Of a DNA stretch of 64,000 bases, positions 35,301 to 47,712 are shown piece by piece. The DNA is from Macrostomum lignano (Eukaryota): NCBI GenBank assembly GCA_002269645.1, contig NIVC01000835.1, positions 248,001 to 312,000 of the forward strand. The letters run 5' to 3'. Every line of letters begins with the position of its first letter. Positions within the stretch are counted from its first letter, which is position 1. The notes under the pieces are model-generated. The model saw nothing but the letters and a program-made list of their open reading frames with translations, did not search any database and was not told the DNA's origin. The position numbers were made by a program, and so were the translations under genes.

Positions 35301-38300
35301 AGCATCTCTGTAGAGTGGAAGCATCTCTGTAGAGTGGAAGCATCTCTGTAGAGTGGAAGCATCTCTGTAGAGTGGAAGCATCTCTGTAGAGTGGAAGCAT
35401 CTCTGTAGAGTGGAAGCATCTCTGTAGAGTGAAAGCAACTCTGTAGAGTGGAAGCATCTCTGTAGAGTGGAAGCATCTCTGTAGAGTGGAAGCATCTCTG
35501 TAGAGTGGAAGCATCTCTGTAGAGTGGAAGCATCTCTGTAGAGTGGAAGCATCTCTGTAGAGTGGAAGCATCTCTGTAGAGTGGAAGCAACTCTGTAGAG
35601 TGGAAGCATCTCTGTAGAAGCAACTCTGTAGAGTGGAAGCATCTCTGTAGAGTGGAAGCATCTCTGTAGAGTGGAAGCATCTCTGTAGAGTGGAAGCATC
35701 TCTGTAGAATGGAAGCATCTCTGTAGAGTGGAAGCATCTCTGTAGAGTGGAAGCATCTCTGTAGAGTGGAAGCATCTCTGTAGAGTAGAAGCATCTCTGT
35801 AGAGTGGAAGCATCTCTGTAGAGTGGAAGCATCTCTGTAGAGTGGAAGCATCTCTGTAGAGTGGAAGCATCTCTGTAGAGTGGAAGCATCTCTGTAGAGT
35901 GGAAGCATCTCTGTAGAGTGGAAGCATCTCTGTAGAGTGGAAGCATCTCTGTAGAGTGGAAGCATCTCTGTAGAGTGGAAGCATCTCTGTAGAGTGGAAG
36001 CATCTCTGTAGAGTGGAAGCATCTCTGTAGAGTGGAAGCATCTCTGTAGAGTGGAAGCATCTCTGTAGAGTGGAAGCATCTCTGTAGAGTGGAAGCATCT
36101 CTGTAGATCTTATGTAACTAATAGTATACTTGTTTACTCGTCACATTAATGCATATGTGAAATGGCAACTGCAACTTGAGCAACGCGCTGAGAGTTAAAG
36201 AAAAAAGAGCACTGCTGTCTAATTAGGACTATCCCTGGCTTGAAATTGTAAAGAACTTCTTTTACTAGTCAAGTTTAGAGCTCTATGTATATAATTCATC
36301 TATTCGCGCATGCGGGAACCCTGTGACGCACTAAGTTCTCTTTCTTTTCTAAGAAAAAAACAACCCCAACCAGTACCTTCGACGTCTGCAACTCTCAGCC
36401 TAACCTAATCCTTCCGTGCTGCGAATGAATGCCTTGTACAAAACTCTTAAACAAAAACTACTGGGCAACACACTTTATTACTCGCCTACAACATTAACCA
36501 GCCCATTCAGAACTATAGAATAGGCCAGACTCGAGCTCGCAATAGTTTTTTGCACAACCAACCGAACATTTTAGTCACACTATATTTAGCAGATCTAATA
36601 CACACTATTATATATAAGCACAGGCGATAGCCTAGTCGGCAAAAATTTGGAGAGAGAGAGAGAGGGCAAAGAATGAAGGAACACACTTGGATTCCTTTTT
36701 GCGCTTTCTTAGGCTAGGCGCTTTGTGCAATGGTAATTTAGTCATATACTACTCGCTTATGATACAAAGCAAGACAGATGGTCATCGAGCACACAGTGGA
36801 GCAGAGCCATTACAGATGCGATTAGCCAGAGCAGGTTACCCCAATGATGCTTCAAAATTGCTACCTTTTTTATTCCACAATAGATATGGTCAGACTAATC
36901 CGAGGCCTCTTCTTAATGTAGCAAAGCAAAATTGAAATCCTTCATTTTCTATTAATTATCATACCTCTATAGATCAAAACTACTTTAATCTGAGTACATT
37001 ACACTATTCATCGAAAAGTACATTTTTGCATAGCACTGGATGCACTATGAGATCAATCAGATCTATTGTAAGAGACGGACTATTAGATAAAATTAGATAA
37101 AACAGATAAATGGACCATTAGCTCGTAGATGGATCTGATCCATGAGATGGATTTTAAATAATTCAGATCTATGAGCTAGACCACTAGATGAATCGGATCT
37201 ATTAGAGACCACTAGATGAATCGGGTCTATGAGAGACTACTAGATGGATCAGGTCTACAAGAGACTACTAGAAGGGTCAGGTCTGAGATAAACTACTAGA
37301 TGGATCAGATCTATGAGATAAGACTACTAGATGGATCAGATCTATGAGATAGACTACTAGATGGATCAGATCTATGAGATGGACCACTAGATGGATCAGA
37401 TCTATGAGATGGACCACTAGATGGATCAGATCTATGAGATGGACCACTAGATGGATCAGATCTATGAGATGGACCACTAGATGGATCAGATCTATGAGAT
37501 GGACCACTAGATGGATCAGATCTATGAGATGGACCACTAGATGGATCAGACCTATGAGATGGACCACTAGACGGATCAGACCTATGAGATGGACCACTAG
37601 ATCCAATTGCGCAACTCACATCTCTGCGCCGAGCCCAGACTGTCGGCCCGCGGAAAATCCCTCCTGTTAGCGGCCGCCACCTCGGCCGGTGTCCGAGTCC
37701 GCTGCATTGTCCGAGGCACGGACGCCCGGCCATCGTCAATATGGACAACATTCCGCCTAGGAAACGTGCCGCCGGGCCCTCCCCGTCTACTCATGTCGTC
37801 CATAGCCACGGCCGAGTCCGAATGGACGCTAGCTCTAGAGCCGAGTCCACGGGCTCGAATCTGGAATGTGTCCAGTGACTGGCGCGATTCGGACACGCTG
37901 GACAGGCTGTCGGTGTCCCTGTCCTCGGGTATGAACTCGCCCTCGGAGTAGGTACTGGCCGTCATCTGGCTGGCCGTGTCGTGAAACTCTGCGCCCGGTG
38001 GCAGAGTGCCGGGCGGCGGGGAGCAGCGACCGTTGCCTGTAGAAATTTGTTAAAAGTAAAATTTGCCGATTATTGATGCGATTTCTTGGCTGGCCAAGAA
38101 GCAATCTATGGGTAATTGACTAATTATTATACAAGTGATACAAGCGAAATTTCTAGCGCTGATTCTTGAGCTGGTTATAGAAATCTTATATAGGGGGGGG
38201 GGGCTATTCTGGAAATCTAAGTGTGATTCTAAGAATTAAGGAGTGATTTTAAAAATCTGAGGGTAATTCTGGGAATCAAGAAGTGATTCTGAGAATCAAG

Positions 38301-39334
38301 GGCTGATTAAAGGAATTTAGGGGCGATTCTAGAAATCAAGGGGCTATTCTAGGAATTTAGGGGTAATTCTAAGAATCACCGATTCTTAAAATCTAGGAGT
38401 GATTCTAAGAATATCGGAGTGATTTTAGGAATCTAGGAGTGATTCTAAGAATCTAGAAGGGATTCTAGGAATCTAGGAGCGATTCTAGGAATATCAGAGT
38501 GATTTTAGGAATATCGGAGTGATTCTAGGAATCTAGGAGTGATTCTAGGAATCTAGGAATGATTCTAGGAATCTAGGAGTGATTCTAGGAATTCAGGGAT
38601 GATTCTAGAAATCTAAGGTGCGATTCTTTGTTATTCAACGGGTGATTATAGGTGATATGATGAATAATTCTATTGCTGATTCTAAGAGTGATTCTGTGTG
38701 ATTCCTGGGGTAACACTATTACGATTCTAATTTCTAAGCGCAGTTTTCAGGGCGATTTCGGGCGATTATTACGTTAATTCCAGAATCTCCAGCAGTGATT
38801 CTGTGCGGGATTTGAACTTTAAGATTCTGATTAATTATATATTTGATACAGGGGGACAATTGCTTCTGGTTCTACGATTTTTGTGCATCCAATTCTAGGC
38901 AATGGCCAGATGGAGAGATTTAAAAAGAAGCAGCCGATTGCAGCAATGAAAAGCGCGAGCTAAGACCCACCGTCGGTAGTGTCATCAGCGTCTGGCGGCA
39001 CTCGCAATAGTAGGCGAAGACTCCTCAAGTTCTGATGATGATCGATGATTCGCACTACTAAGTCCAGATCATCCTGCGACAGCACTGGCACGTCAATCTC
39101 ACCGTTGGGCATGGTGAAATAAATATCTAGCCGCCGCTTATACCTGGCCTGAAGCTCGTTGCGAAGGTCTGTCAATTTCAGCGGCCTAGCAAACGTGTTC
39201 AACACGCGACTCTCCCCGTTGAACTCGCATTTCACCCTCAGACCGGCCTGTTGCTGCTCGTTCAGGCGCAGGTTTCGCTCGAAATCTTGCTCGAGTCCGC
39301 GGAGAGCGTTGCTTACCGCCGAGTCGTCCTCCAT
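29390..39334 (-). CDS. MAP3K3: MAP3K2/3 (MEKK2/3) ortholog; exons 39334-38971, 38036-37620, 31519-31112, 29799-29390 (532 aa)
   Basis: N-terminal PB1 domain (LRVKCEFNGESRVL...LSQDDLDL...LRSLRLLL), SPPPG and SEGEFIPE motifs, GGTFPRR, and kinase domain APDNWKQGDLLGQGAFGKVY...HRDIKG|ANIL...DFG...APE. All intron phases are compatible. MAP3K2 versus MAP3K3 is not resolvable. Confidence 0.93.
29865..31072. repeat. Intronic minisatellite, 22/24-bp unit GACAC(AC)AGACATGCT(T/C)TCTATT(T/G)
   Basis: Fills MAP3K intron 3, with a gradual variant gradient along the array. Confidence 0.96.
31690..36107. repeat. Large intronic minisatellite, 19-bp unit CTCTGTAGAGTGGAAGCAT, ~230 copies with higher-order blocks
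   Basis: 4.4-kb homogeneous array in MAP3K intron 2; recurrent variants AGTAGAAG, CTATAG, AATGG, GTGAAAGCAAC and an 8-bp-deleted unit. Confidence 0.99.
37130..37602. repeat. Intronic minisatellite, 30-bp unit ATGGATCAGATCTATGAGATGGACCACTAG
   Basis: Begins 17 nt after the MAP3K exon-2 donor and degenerates distally. Confidence 0.95.
38200..38760. repeat. Degenerate intronic minisatellite, ~20-bp unit GATTCTAGGAATCTAGGAGT
   Basis: In MAP3K intron 1. Confidence 0.85.
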
Positions 39335-42300
39335 TCCGTCCTCTAGAAGCAGCGGCTGCAGGAAAGCAGAATTGTCGGACGCTCGATTTCAGACCCCCAT
39401 AAGTTGCGGTCGGGCTTTGTCGGACTCTGTTCTGTGCGGAACTGTTAGTAGCGGGCCAGCAATGCGAACTGTGTCTTCTGAATTTCAACAGGGTGTGTTG
39501 GGGGCGAGAGCTATTAGCATTGTAGATTTCATAGGTAATGCATGAATTTTATAACTATATTAGTAGGTATTGCAATTAAAATCTGTTTAAAATAAATTGT
39601 AAAACACAATAAACAAAAACCATAGCCCTAGCGAAAATTCTGTGTATACCATGTAGTATTTTAATAGATAAATTATCCAACAACAATTATATAGAATAGT
39701 AAATATAATTATAAATTTACTAGTAACATTAAATTTAGGTATGATTTTTTCTGAATAACACAGTAATTTATTTTTATGACAATTGAGTATTTAATAAAAA
39801 TATTTCCATTTTTCAAGTTTTTTCAATCTTTCAAGTCAAACATATCCTGATGATTCCTTTATTTATTCATGTACTTTTGGAATCATTTTTATGAATACCA
39901 TGAACAATTCACAATTGGTCAAATATGACAATTTTGGCCATTAGGCAAGCTGTAAAATGTGAGCCTTCTATACACACATGCGCAACCTCCAAAATTCGGT
40001 CAGCCATGCGACTTAGTTTTAACAAAAATGCGACGTAGTTTTTGGCCAAAAATGCGACTTACATGTAAAAAAAACCCGAAAGCAAAATTAACGCAAAGTT
40101 GGGTAAACGGCAGGAGTAACTATGACTGTTTTATAAAGCCAAAATGCCTCGCCAGCTACTTAGTACGTACTACTTGGGTTTTTTCAGGTGGGCATTTTTG
40201 CAACTTCCTTGGTTGGCCACCAAATCGGTCGGCCGGATCGGCCGACTCGGCCGACTGTTGCGCATGTATGCTTCTATAATCTCTATTGCACAAGACAATT
40301 CATTAAGTGCACTGCTGAGTTTTTTTCTAATGCCAAGACAAAAAATCCAATTTGTAGGTCCAGTTTTAGGATACTTTTTAACTTTTTAATATTGTAAAAA
40401 CTACAAAAACTTTCTAGTTGGTTAAAGGTTAGCAAAGTAGGCTAGCAAAAGATGATAAAAAACAAGATTCAATATTACACCCAAGGTCCAATTTTAGAAA
40501 ACAATTTTGGCGAAAACGCGATGAAAATCGGTGAAGAATTGCAATCTCTAGAGCATTATGGACAAACATACAAACAAATATTAGAGATTTTGTATATTTA
40601 GATTTGGAAAGTCATCCTTATTGCACAAAAACTGCTAGTTGGCACCTGGTTTCAATCTATCTTTGCATTCAACCCTGTAAAACTGACAATGTTCTCATTA
40701 TCTCTAGTTATTGAGTTCTAGCTATTGAAAAATGAGTTGGCCTAGGCTAGCCACCTGTTTTATATCATGAGTTATTGCTTAATTGTTCTTTAAGTTATTT
40801 TCTCTATTTCAGTGTACACACAATGTACTCCAAATTACCTATCTCTCTGCTAACCCCCCCCCACCTTTTCCACTCATGTTAGAGTTAGGAAATATAAAAA
40901 GCTAAATTCTAGTCTACAACTAGCCTACATATGTTTTTCTTATTGCTAGTCACAATCAAGAATTATTGGTTTATTTTACATTTCACTCAAACACAAAATA
41001 CAATAAATATATCTTACTGGTAGCTACTAGTGAAGCCTACTAAAGTTTAGTTCAGTGCAACTGCACTGAATTTCAAGTGCAACATTTCATCAACTATTGC
41101 ATTCTGCACTGGCCTACTATGGTGGCTATTGGCAAAGTGCAGTCATTGGAGGAATATTGTTGTAACTTTTTCACCTTTTTTGAGTCTTTTCTGTGCATCT
41201 TTTTAACATTCATTAACAGTTATATGTTTGCTAAATCTTTATGCTAACACCTGCTTTCAATCCAAATTTGCAACCCAACCCTTTAAAACTTATCACTTAC
41301 AGACAATAAGAAGATACCTAATTCTATATTTTTGCATATACCCTCACCCACCCCTAAGCCTTCTAATGATAGCCAAATTAATACTAACCATGATCATATA
41401 TATGCAATTGCCAGCCAAGACAGCTAGTATAAATTATGGCAAATCAAGGGTAAGTTACAAAATTGAATACTAGACAAACTTTGATAAAAATAAAAGTATT
41501 TAAGGTAAGTTACAAAACTGACTTGCATTTTCAGTCAAAACTAAATTGTATAATTGATTTAATTTAGAGGCTGCCTATGTATGATGCACATGCACTGTTT
41601 TAATACTATTCTATGTCATTCCATATAATCATATGCATAACATTAAAAACTTTAAAACAACTTCAAGTTTCTTATTATATAAGCAATACATTCATTTTAA
41701 AGACCATTTTCTATATTGTGTATCATTTCAAGATTCAAATACACTTTTAAATAGTTCATTTTCTGATGATATAATGAAAAATATTTTTTTAAGTTATATA
41801 AATAAAAAAGATTATATTTTTTTTTCATTTTAAAACTAAATCTAAGACTTTAGAAAATAAAATGTCAAAATGAACCAAAACTTCAAAGAAGAAAAAATCT
41901 ATTGTATTTAATAGAAGAGATCTTTATTAGTTTAATAATTTAGGTATAATTTGAAGATTTCATTTTTTGAAAGTGTTTATTTCTTATAGAATGACCTTAT
42001 ACCATAAAACTATATGCATTTATAACAGAATAACTTTGCCACTGTTTGATCCCAAGCAAAAAAAAATAAGGTGTTATGGTTGCTATATATAATAATAATT
42101 TAAACTTTTTTGCTTTTTGATTCAATGATTAAATATTGCTCAAATAATTAACTATGATTACATAAGCCACTTGACCATAATGGTTAAAGATAGAATTCTA
42201 CTATAGCTATAAATGTGATTATAGCATATAAATGGTTTTATATAGAACATTTTTTGCATATTTAGTTCTCATATCTAATAATATTGGCCACTTAAAAATA

Positions 42301-42948
42301 AGCTTTATAAGGGATTGAATTTACTATTACTAATAGTAACTGTAAAGTGATAGAACTAATTGTTACTATCAATTATTCTTATAATATTATTTTTTTAAAA
42401 ATAGAAAAACTAATAGATTATATATTATCAAAAGTTATAAGTTTTAAGAACTTTTGAATAAGGGTCTATCCTATGGATATACTGAAATAGATAGACAAGG
42501 AATTTTTAAAATATAGCTAGGCAAATAATTGTAGACAATAATTATAAAATTTAGGATATCTAAAATAGAAGCAAGTTATTTCTCTAAAAATTGATTAACC
42601 AAAACTTATTGTGGGTTCATGGCCCCTATAAAATAAACAAACAAACAATTAATCAGTTAATAAATGAACAAATTAATAAAAAATAATGTTTAAATATTAA
42701 AATGTTAAATGTTACTCAAAAATACCAATTGAAAAAATTGAACTTAAGACCTTCAACACTCTTTATCATTATTGATATCAAAATCACTATTTGAATTGAA
42801 TTTTGGCAAAAAGGTTTTTGGCAAATCAACTTTTGGCAAAAAGGTTTTGACAAAAAATCTAATAGTTATAGAACTTTAGTATAAGAAGACAAACCATTTT
42901 TAGTTTAAATTTAATCAACTAATGGCTAATGCATTTACTTATAATTTA

Positions 42949-43231
42949 GGGCGCATGACCAAGACCGTCACATACCAAGACTGCCATAGGCTCTATAGCT
43001 ATTATTGGCTATTGCCATTGGTATTGAGGGGGAGCTACCAATCTTTTAGCATTGCTATTCCTCTTATAGGTTCTTTTCTTGCAGCTTTGTCTTGCTAGCT
43101 TTCCTATCTACTCATCTCCTTTCCTAGCACCATCTAATAACACATTGAGCATTGAGCCAAATTTCTCCTTGCCCTAGCTCCCCCATCTAAGTATGGCGGT
43201 CTTAGTGTATGGCAGTCTTAGTCCTATATCC
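42949..43231. mobile_element. Degenerate MITE with imperfect TIRs and subterminal AAGAC(C/T)GCCATA repeats
   Basis: Left GGGCGCATGACCAAGACCGTCACATACCAAGACTGCCATA versus reverse-complemented right GGATATAGGACTAAGACTGCCATACACTAAGACCGCCATA; flanked by the direct repeat AATTTA. Confidence 0.55.
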
Positions 43232-44134
43232 AATTTAGGCCTAAGACAACAATTAAAATTTTTATCAATAGATAAAGGATAAAAGAGCTAAAAACATGTT
43301 ATTTGGCATAATAATTGGTTAAATAAAAAAATAAAAAATAGTGCCTAATAGTAAATTACTAACAATAGGCAAAATGCATGCATTATTAGGGCCTTACAAA
43401 AACATAAAAATCAAAGCAATTTTTCATGCCTTTATGCCTTCCTACATGTACTTTATTAGTACATTAATTCTATCTTTTTTGTACTTTATAAAAAAATTTA
43501 CATGCATTTTTGGCTCCTAAAAGGGGGTGCTGATTGCTAGTTTTTACTAGGCCTATTTTTGTGATTAGGCCTATTTCATGGAAAATATGATTCTGCATTG
43601 TATAAAATCGATTTAAAGTCTCTGTTCTATATTCCGCTCTTCCTAATTTCTGATTCCATGGCATTGGTATTAGAATTTAGAACCACCCAATGACTACCGA
43701 CGCATACTTAAAGTTCTATAACATGCATGCTGTCTTAATGTGTATCAGCAGAACCTGAACCAGTGGCAGTGACAATGTAAAGCATGCGGTGGAAAAATAG
43801 ATAGAAAATTAAAGGCAACTTAAGACCTATCTAGAGAACACATTTTACGTGATTTTGGTAAAATATGCAACTGCTAAAATTTTATTTCCGACCATGACAT
43901 TGCATTGTACATTGTACTTCATATTGGGTTAAATACAGCCCGGCTTTAGCTATGTTAATTACATTTTTACAACGCAAAAACATTGCGTATACAAATTTAA
44001 ACACTGATGTTTCATTAATTTTTTCGAAGTAGAAAACCAATACGTATTTTAAATGTGTCAGCACAATAGTTTAAAAATTAAATATACCTGTTCTATAATC
44101 TTGAATTACATAAATTTGTTAAGTTAAAGCTAAC

Positions 44135-46798
44135 TTAATTTAAAAACTGTCTGCTGCTTAAAGCATTTATGTGGTCCAGGCAACTGTTTCTTAAGCCAAC
44201 CAATTTATTCTTAGTCCTCGCGCTGAGGGCTTGCGCTAGTGTGCACGTATGTATAAGTACGTTGACCTTTCGTTTTGAGTTAGGTTTAAGCCTTGATACA
44301 TTTTGCGTTGAACGTATAACGAAACGTATAACGCCCATCGCATCGCTTTCATGCACTTTTAAACGTTTAAAATCAAATGTTCTGATCCGTCTGACTAGTC
44401 CCTCAATCTTGCAGCGGTGGCTTTCAGAAAAAAAACCTTTGCACTTATCATTGGCAGTTAATAAATAGCCCAAGTTCTCATGAGATGCAGTAACGTTACT
44501 TCACAGTAGAGATCGTATACGAAATTGATGGAATCTATTACAACATCCATGTACATGTGCATGTTATACATATCTTTTGGAACAAATTTGCACCCCAAAC
44601 CAAGAATGGATTAGTAAAACAAGACTATTGTATTTTCTTATAAACGAGCATTCATTTAAATGTACATTCAGATGTTGTCATGTACAAAGGCTACATGTAC
44701 AGTGTACAATGAGCGCTATGCAATTAAAGCATAAAGCATACACGTACATTATTGTACTTGCAAACGAACTGATTAATAAAGAATTCATAGTCAAAAAGAG
44801 TTAATATTAGTTTCAAATTGCACCTTACCTGTTACTTTTGCCAAACATAACGACGAAGTAAAATTCTACACAATGCCTGAAGCAACGAGCCGGCTTGCAG
44901 AAGAACAAGTATAACATGCCTCGGTTTGTTTCTATAAAATTAACTACTCGGTCACTCTGCAGCAGCGCAAAAATCAAAGAGAATGTACCAAATAGTCCAT
45001 AGAAGACATCGTTAAGCACCCAGTTAGCTGTAACACCGGAGAAGCTGAACACTCTTTGAGCCGGAGAGCCAAACACGCCGACGTCATATTCAAAGAAGTG
45101 CTTAATATTAGGCGTCTTTTTGTCCTTAGTCGACCTTAGCACTCGCTTGAAGTCTTTAACAAAAATATTTTTGTAGATTTGCGCGCCAAACAGGTGCAGG
45201 CCCGACAGAATTCCCAGGATGACCAAGCTGCGCTTGTACCGAAGCGCGAACTTCATCATGCGCCAATGCAGCGAGTGTCCCATGATGCCCGATCGATGAA
45301 CGAAAGAGGCGTAAACAAAGCTAGGCAGAAATAACACAACGTTTAACGAGCAGAATGCATAACCAAAGGGCTCCTTGGGAAAGAGTGCGTCGCGAAGCAG
45401 GTCCGTGTCGGCCACTAGGCAAACCGACACAACGCTTAACGGCAGAGACAAACGGGTCAACAACTGCCAGGGTCCGGATAATAGTTCGGGATAGCCGATC
45501 GACTGGAACAGCAGCTCCAGAGTGGCCTTATAGATGGCAATTCGGATACCGATAAAACCGAGAGACAGCAGAACCGCATGCAGAATGGCCGCCCCGTCCA
45601 ATGCCATCCAAGGACCTCTGAATTGAAATTGCTGGCGAAAGCTGTACACAATTTCTATATAATCGAATACTATTTGGTACAGCCAGTCTTTTGAGTCTTC
45701 GAAAACGTCGCGAAACACCTCGCGATCGAAAGTGCCAACGAAGCCGGCCATGCGCTGGCGATTTAAGTTGATGATACCAACAGTGCCGTGGCGCAGTACG
45801 CAGATGGCGCTCTTGTAGGCGATGCTGACAACGGCAAGGAATATTAGATTCTTGTTAAACAGAGACGCTAGCTGGCGTTTAGTCTGGTGCGGCTTACGGC
45901 AGCAGTGGAGCACAACCAGATAGCCGCCGGCCATCATCATCTGGTTGGCATAATAAATATTCGGCATAAAAAACGTAAACGTGTATTCGTCCTGGAATTT
46001 ATCCCGTCTAGTAACTAAATTAGTAATTTTTGGCGAGGTCATCGGCTGCCTGAAGCAGTGCAAGTAAAGAACTATTAGCAGCAATAGGCAGGGTATGGTT
46101 ATCAGGTAGGTTGTCAGCTTGATTGCCTCACTCAATGATCGTTGCACCATCACTATCAAGAAGACGGCCAGCAGAAACCAGACAATAATTTGCACGTGCC
46201 CGCCATCGTAGGTGCTGCCGCTTGGCTGGTAGATACCGCTGTGAATTATATTGCCATGGTGCTTGTAGAACTCTTCAAGCGGAGTGCTGCAACGAGCTTT
46301 CATTTTCCGATAGGCCTCTATCGAGCTGTTGAGAGGCACAAGCAACAGGCAGCACAGTTCCGTGTTCCACGGATTGTGACAATTCCATAGCGACACGTGC
46401 GGATTGAGATTTTGCAAGAAGAACGTCAGCGAGAATGTGATGATTTTGTGCGCGTTAGCCGTGCCGGACGTCAGATTTTGAAACTGATGCAGAATGATGA
46501 CGCACAAAATCACCCTGGCAAAGCGATTGTAGTTGTAGGCGCGAACCAGGTTGCCATGGGAGAATGAGGCAGTTAGGATCTCTACTAGGTAGATAGGAAG
46601 CGAGATGAACAGGTAGCAGAAGATATTGGCGCACAGCGTGATCACTGTGCTGCTATTGTTTCTATAGAAGTGCAGCGGCGGCAGGTACAGCATGAGGATG
46701 GCCATCCACATCTCCGAGTGGTTGATCAGATGACGCTCGTGCGGGCTGTGCGAAGCCAAGTTCCAGCTGCCCAGCAGCTTCATAGCATTGTTATCCAT
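44135..46798 (-). CDS. Highly divergent SLC6/neurotransmitter-sodium-symporter-like multipass membrane protein; exons 46798-44829 and 44420-44135 (~751 aa)
   Basis: 2-kb open frame with ~12 hydrophobic segments. FISLPIYLVE resembles the SLC6 TM2 GIPLFxLE, and LWNCHNPWNTELC matches the EL2 motif W..C.N.WNT..C. A strong donor AG|GTAAGG at 44828 and acceptor TTTTTTTCTGAAAG at 44421 join it in frame to the 44135-44473 ORF. Confidence 0.7.
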
Positions 46799-47204
46799 TG
46801 CTTTCGTTCGATTGAGGATTTTTGTGTTTTGAATCTGTTTGACAAACAACTTCTCTAGCTAAACCGTGCCGTAACAGATGAGAAAGTTGAATCGCTAATG
46901 CTCAAACAGCAACACCCTGTTTCAGCCATAGACTCAATCATCGCTTCGTGAATCATATTTGGTTTTTATCTATCCGTGGCAAAAGCTGTTTGCACTTTTA
47001 TAAATTAGCCTACGCACACTATTACATTGCTGAGATAAAATCATTGCACTTTACCTGTGTTGCCAATTAGAAAACACATTGATTTTCTAAAACAACTTCA
47101 AATGCTGAAAAGAATGGAACAACTAACTTCGCGTTCAAGAGAGGGTATTAGAATTAAAAAAGTGAATTGAAAACGCTTAGAAATTACTCTGAGCGAAACT
47201 AAGC

Positions 47205-47712
47205 ACTGACCCAAAACTACACACTGACCAAAAACTACACACTGACCCAAAACTACACACTGACCCAAAACTTAAACACTGACCCAAAACTACACACTGT
47301 TTCAAAACTACACACCAACTCAAAGCTACACACACTTACCCATAGCTAAACACTGACCCAAAACTACACACTGTTTCAAAACTACACACCGACTCAAAAC
47401 TACACACACTTCACATAGCTAAACACTGACCCAAAACTACACACACTGACCTAAAACTTAAACACTGACCCAAAACTTAAACACTGACCCAAAACTACAC
47501 ACACTGACCCAAAACTTAAACACTGACCCAAAACTACACACACTGACCTAAAACTTAAACACTGACCCAAAACTACACACACTGACCTAAAACTTAAACA
47601 CTGACCCAAAACTTAAACACTGACCCAAAACTACACACTGTTTCAAAACTACACACTGACTCAAAACTAAACACACTTACCCATAGCTAAACACTGACCC
47701 TAAACTAGACAC
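47205..47712. repeat. Minisatellite, 18-20-bp unit ACTGACCCAAAACTACAC(AC)
   Basis: Tandem copies upstream of the SLC6-like gene. Confidence 0.92.

Noticed and set aside
31653-36098. Giant ORFs (up to 1466 aa, MLPLYRDASTLQRCFHSTE repeats)
   Set aside because: They are the translation of a 19-bp intronic satellite lacking stop triplets on one strand; open in all frames, no protein features, and inside a MAP3K intron.
39975-40270. ACATGCGCAAC...GTTGCGCATGT inverted pair, and a Helitron-like tail at ~40500-40605
   Set aside because: The inverted repeat is only ~11 bp with no TSD, and the tail similarity is impressionistic; probably TE remnants but not supportable as features.
42955-42975. Spliced-leader RNA gene (GACGGTCTT resemblance on minus)
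   Set aside because: The match is only a few bases within a MITE arm; no SL exon ending in ATG|GT and no Sm site.
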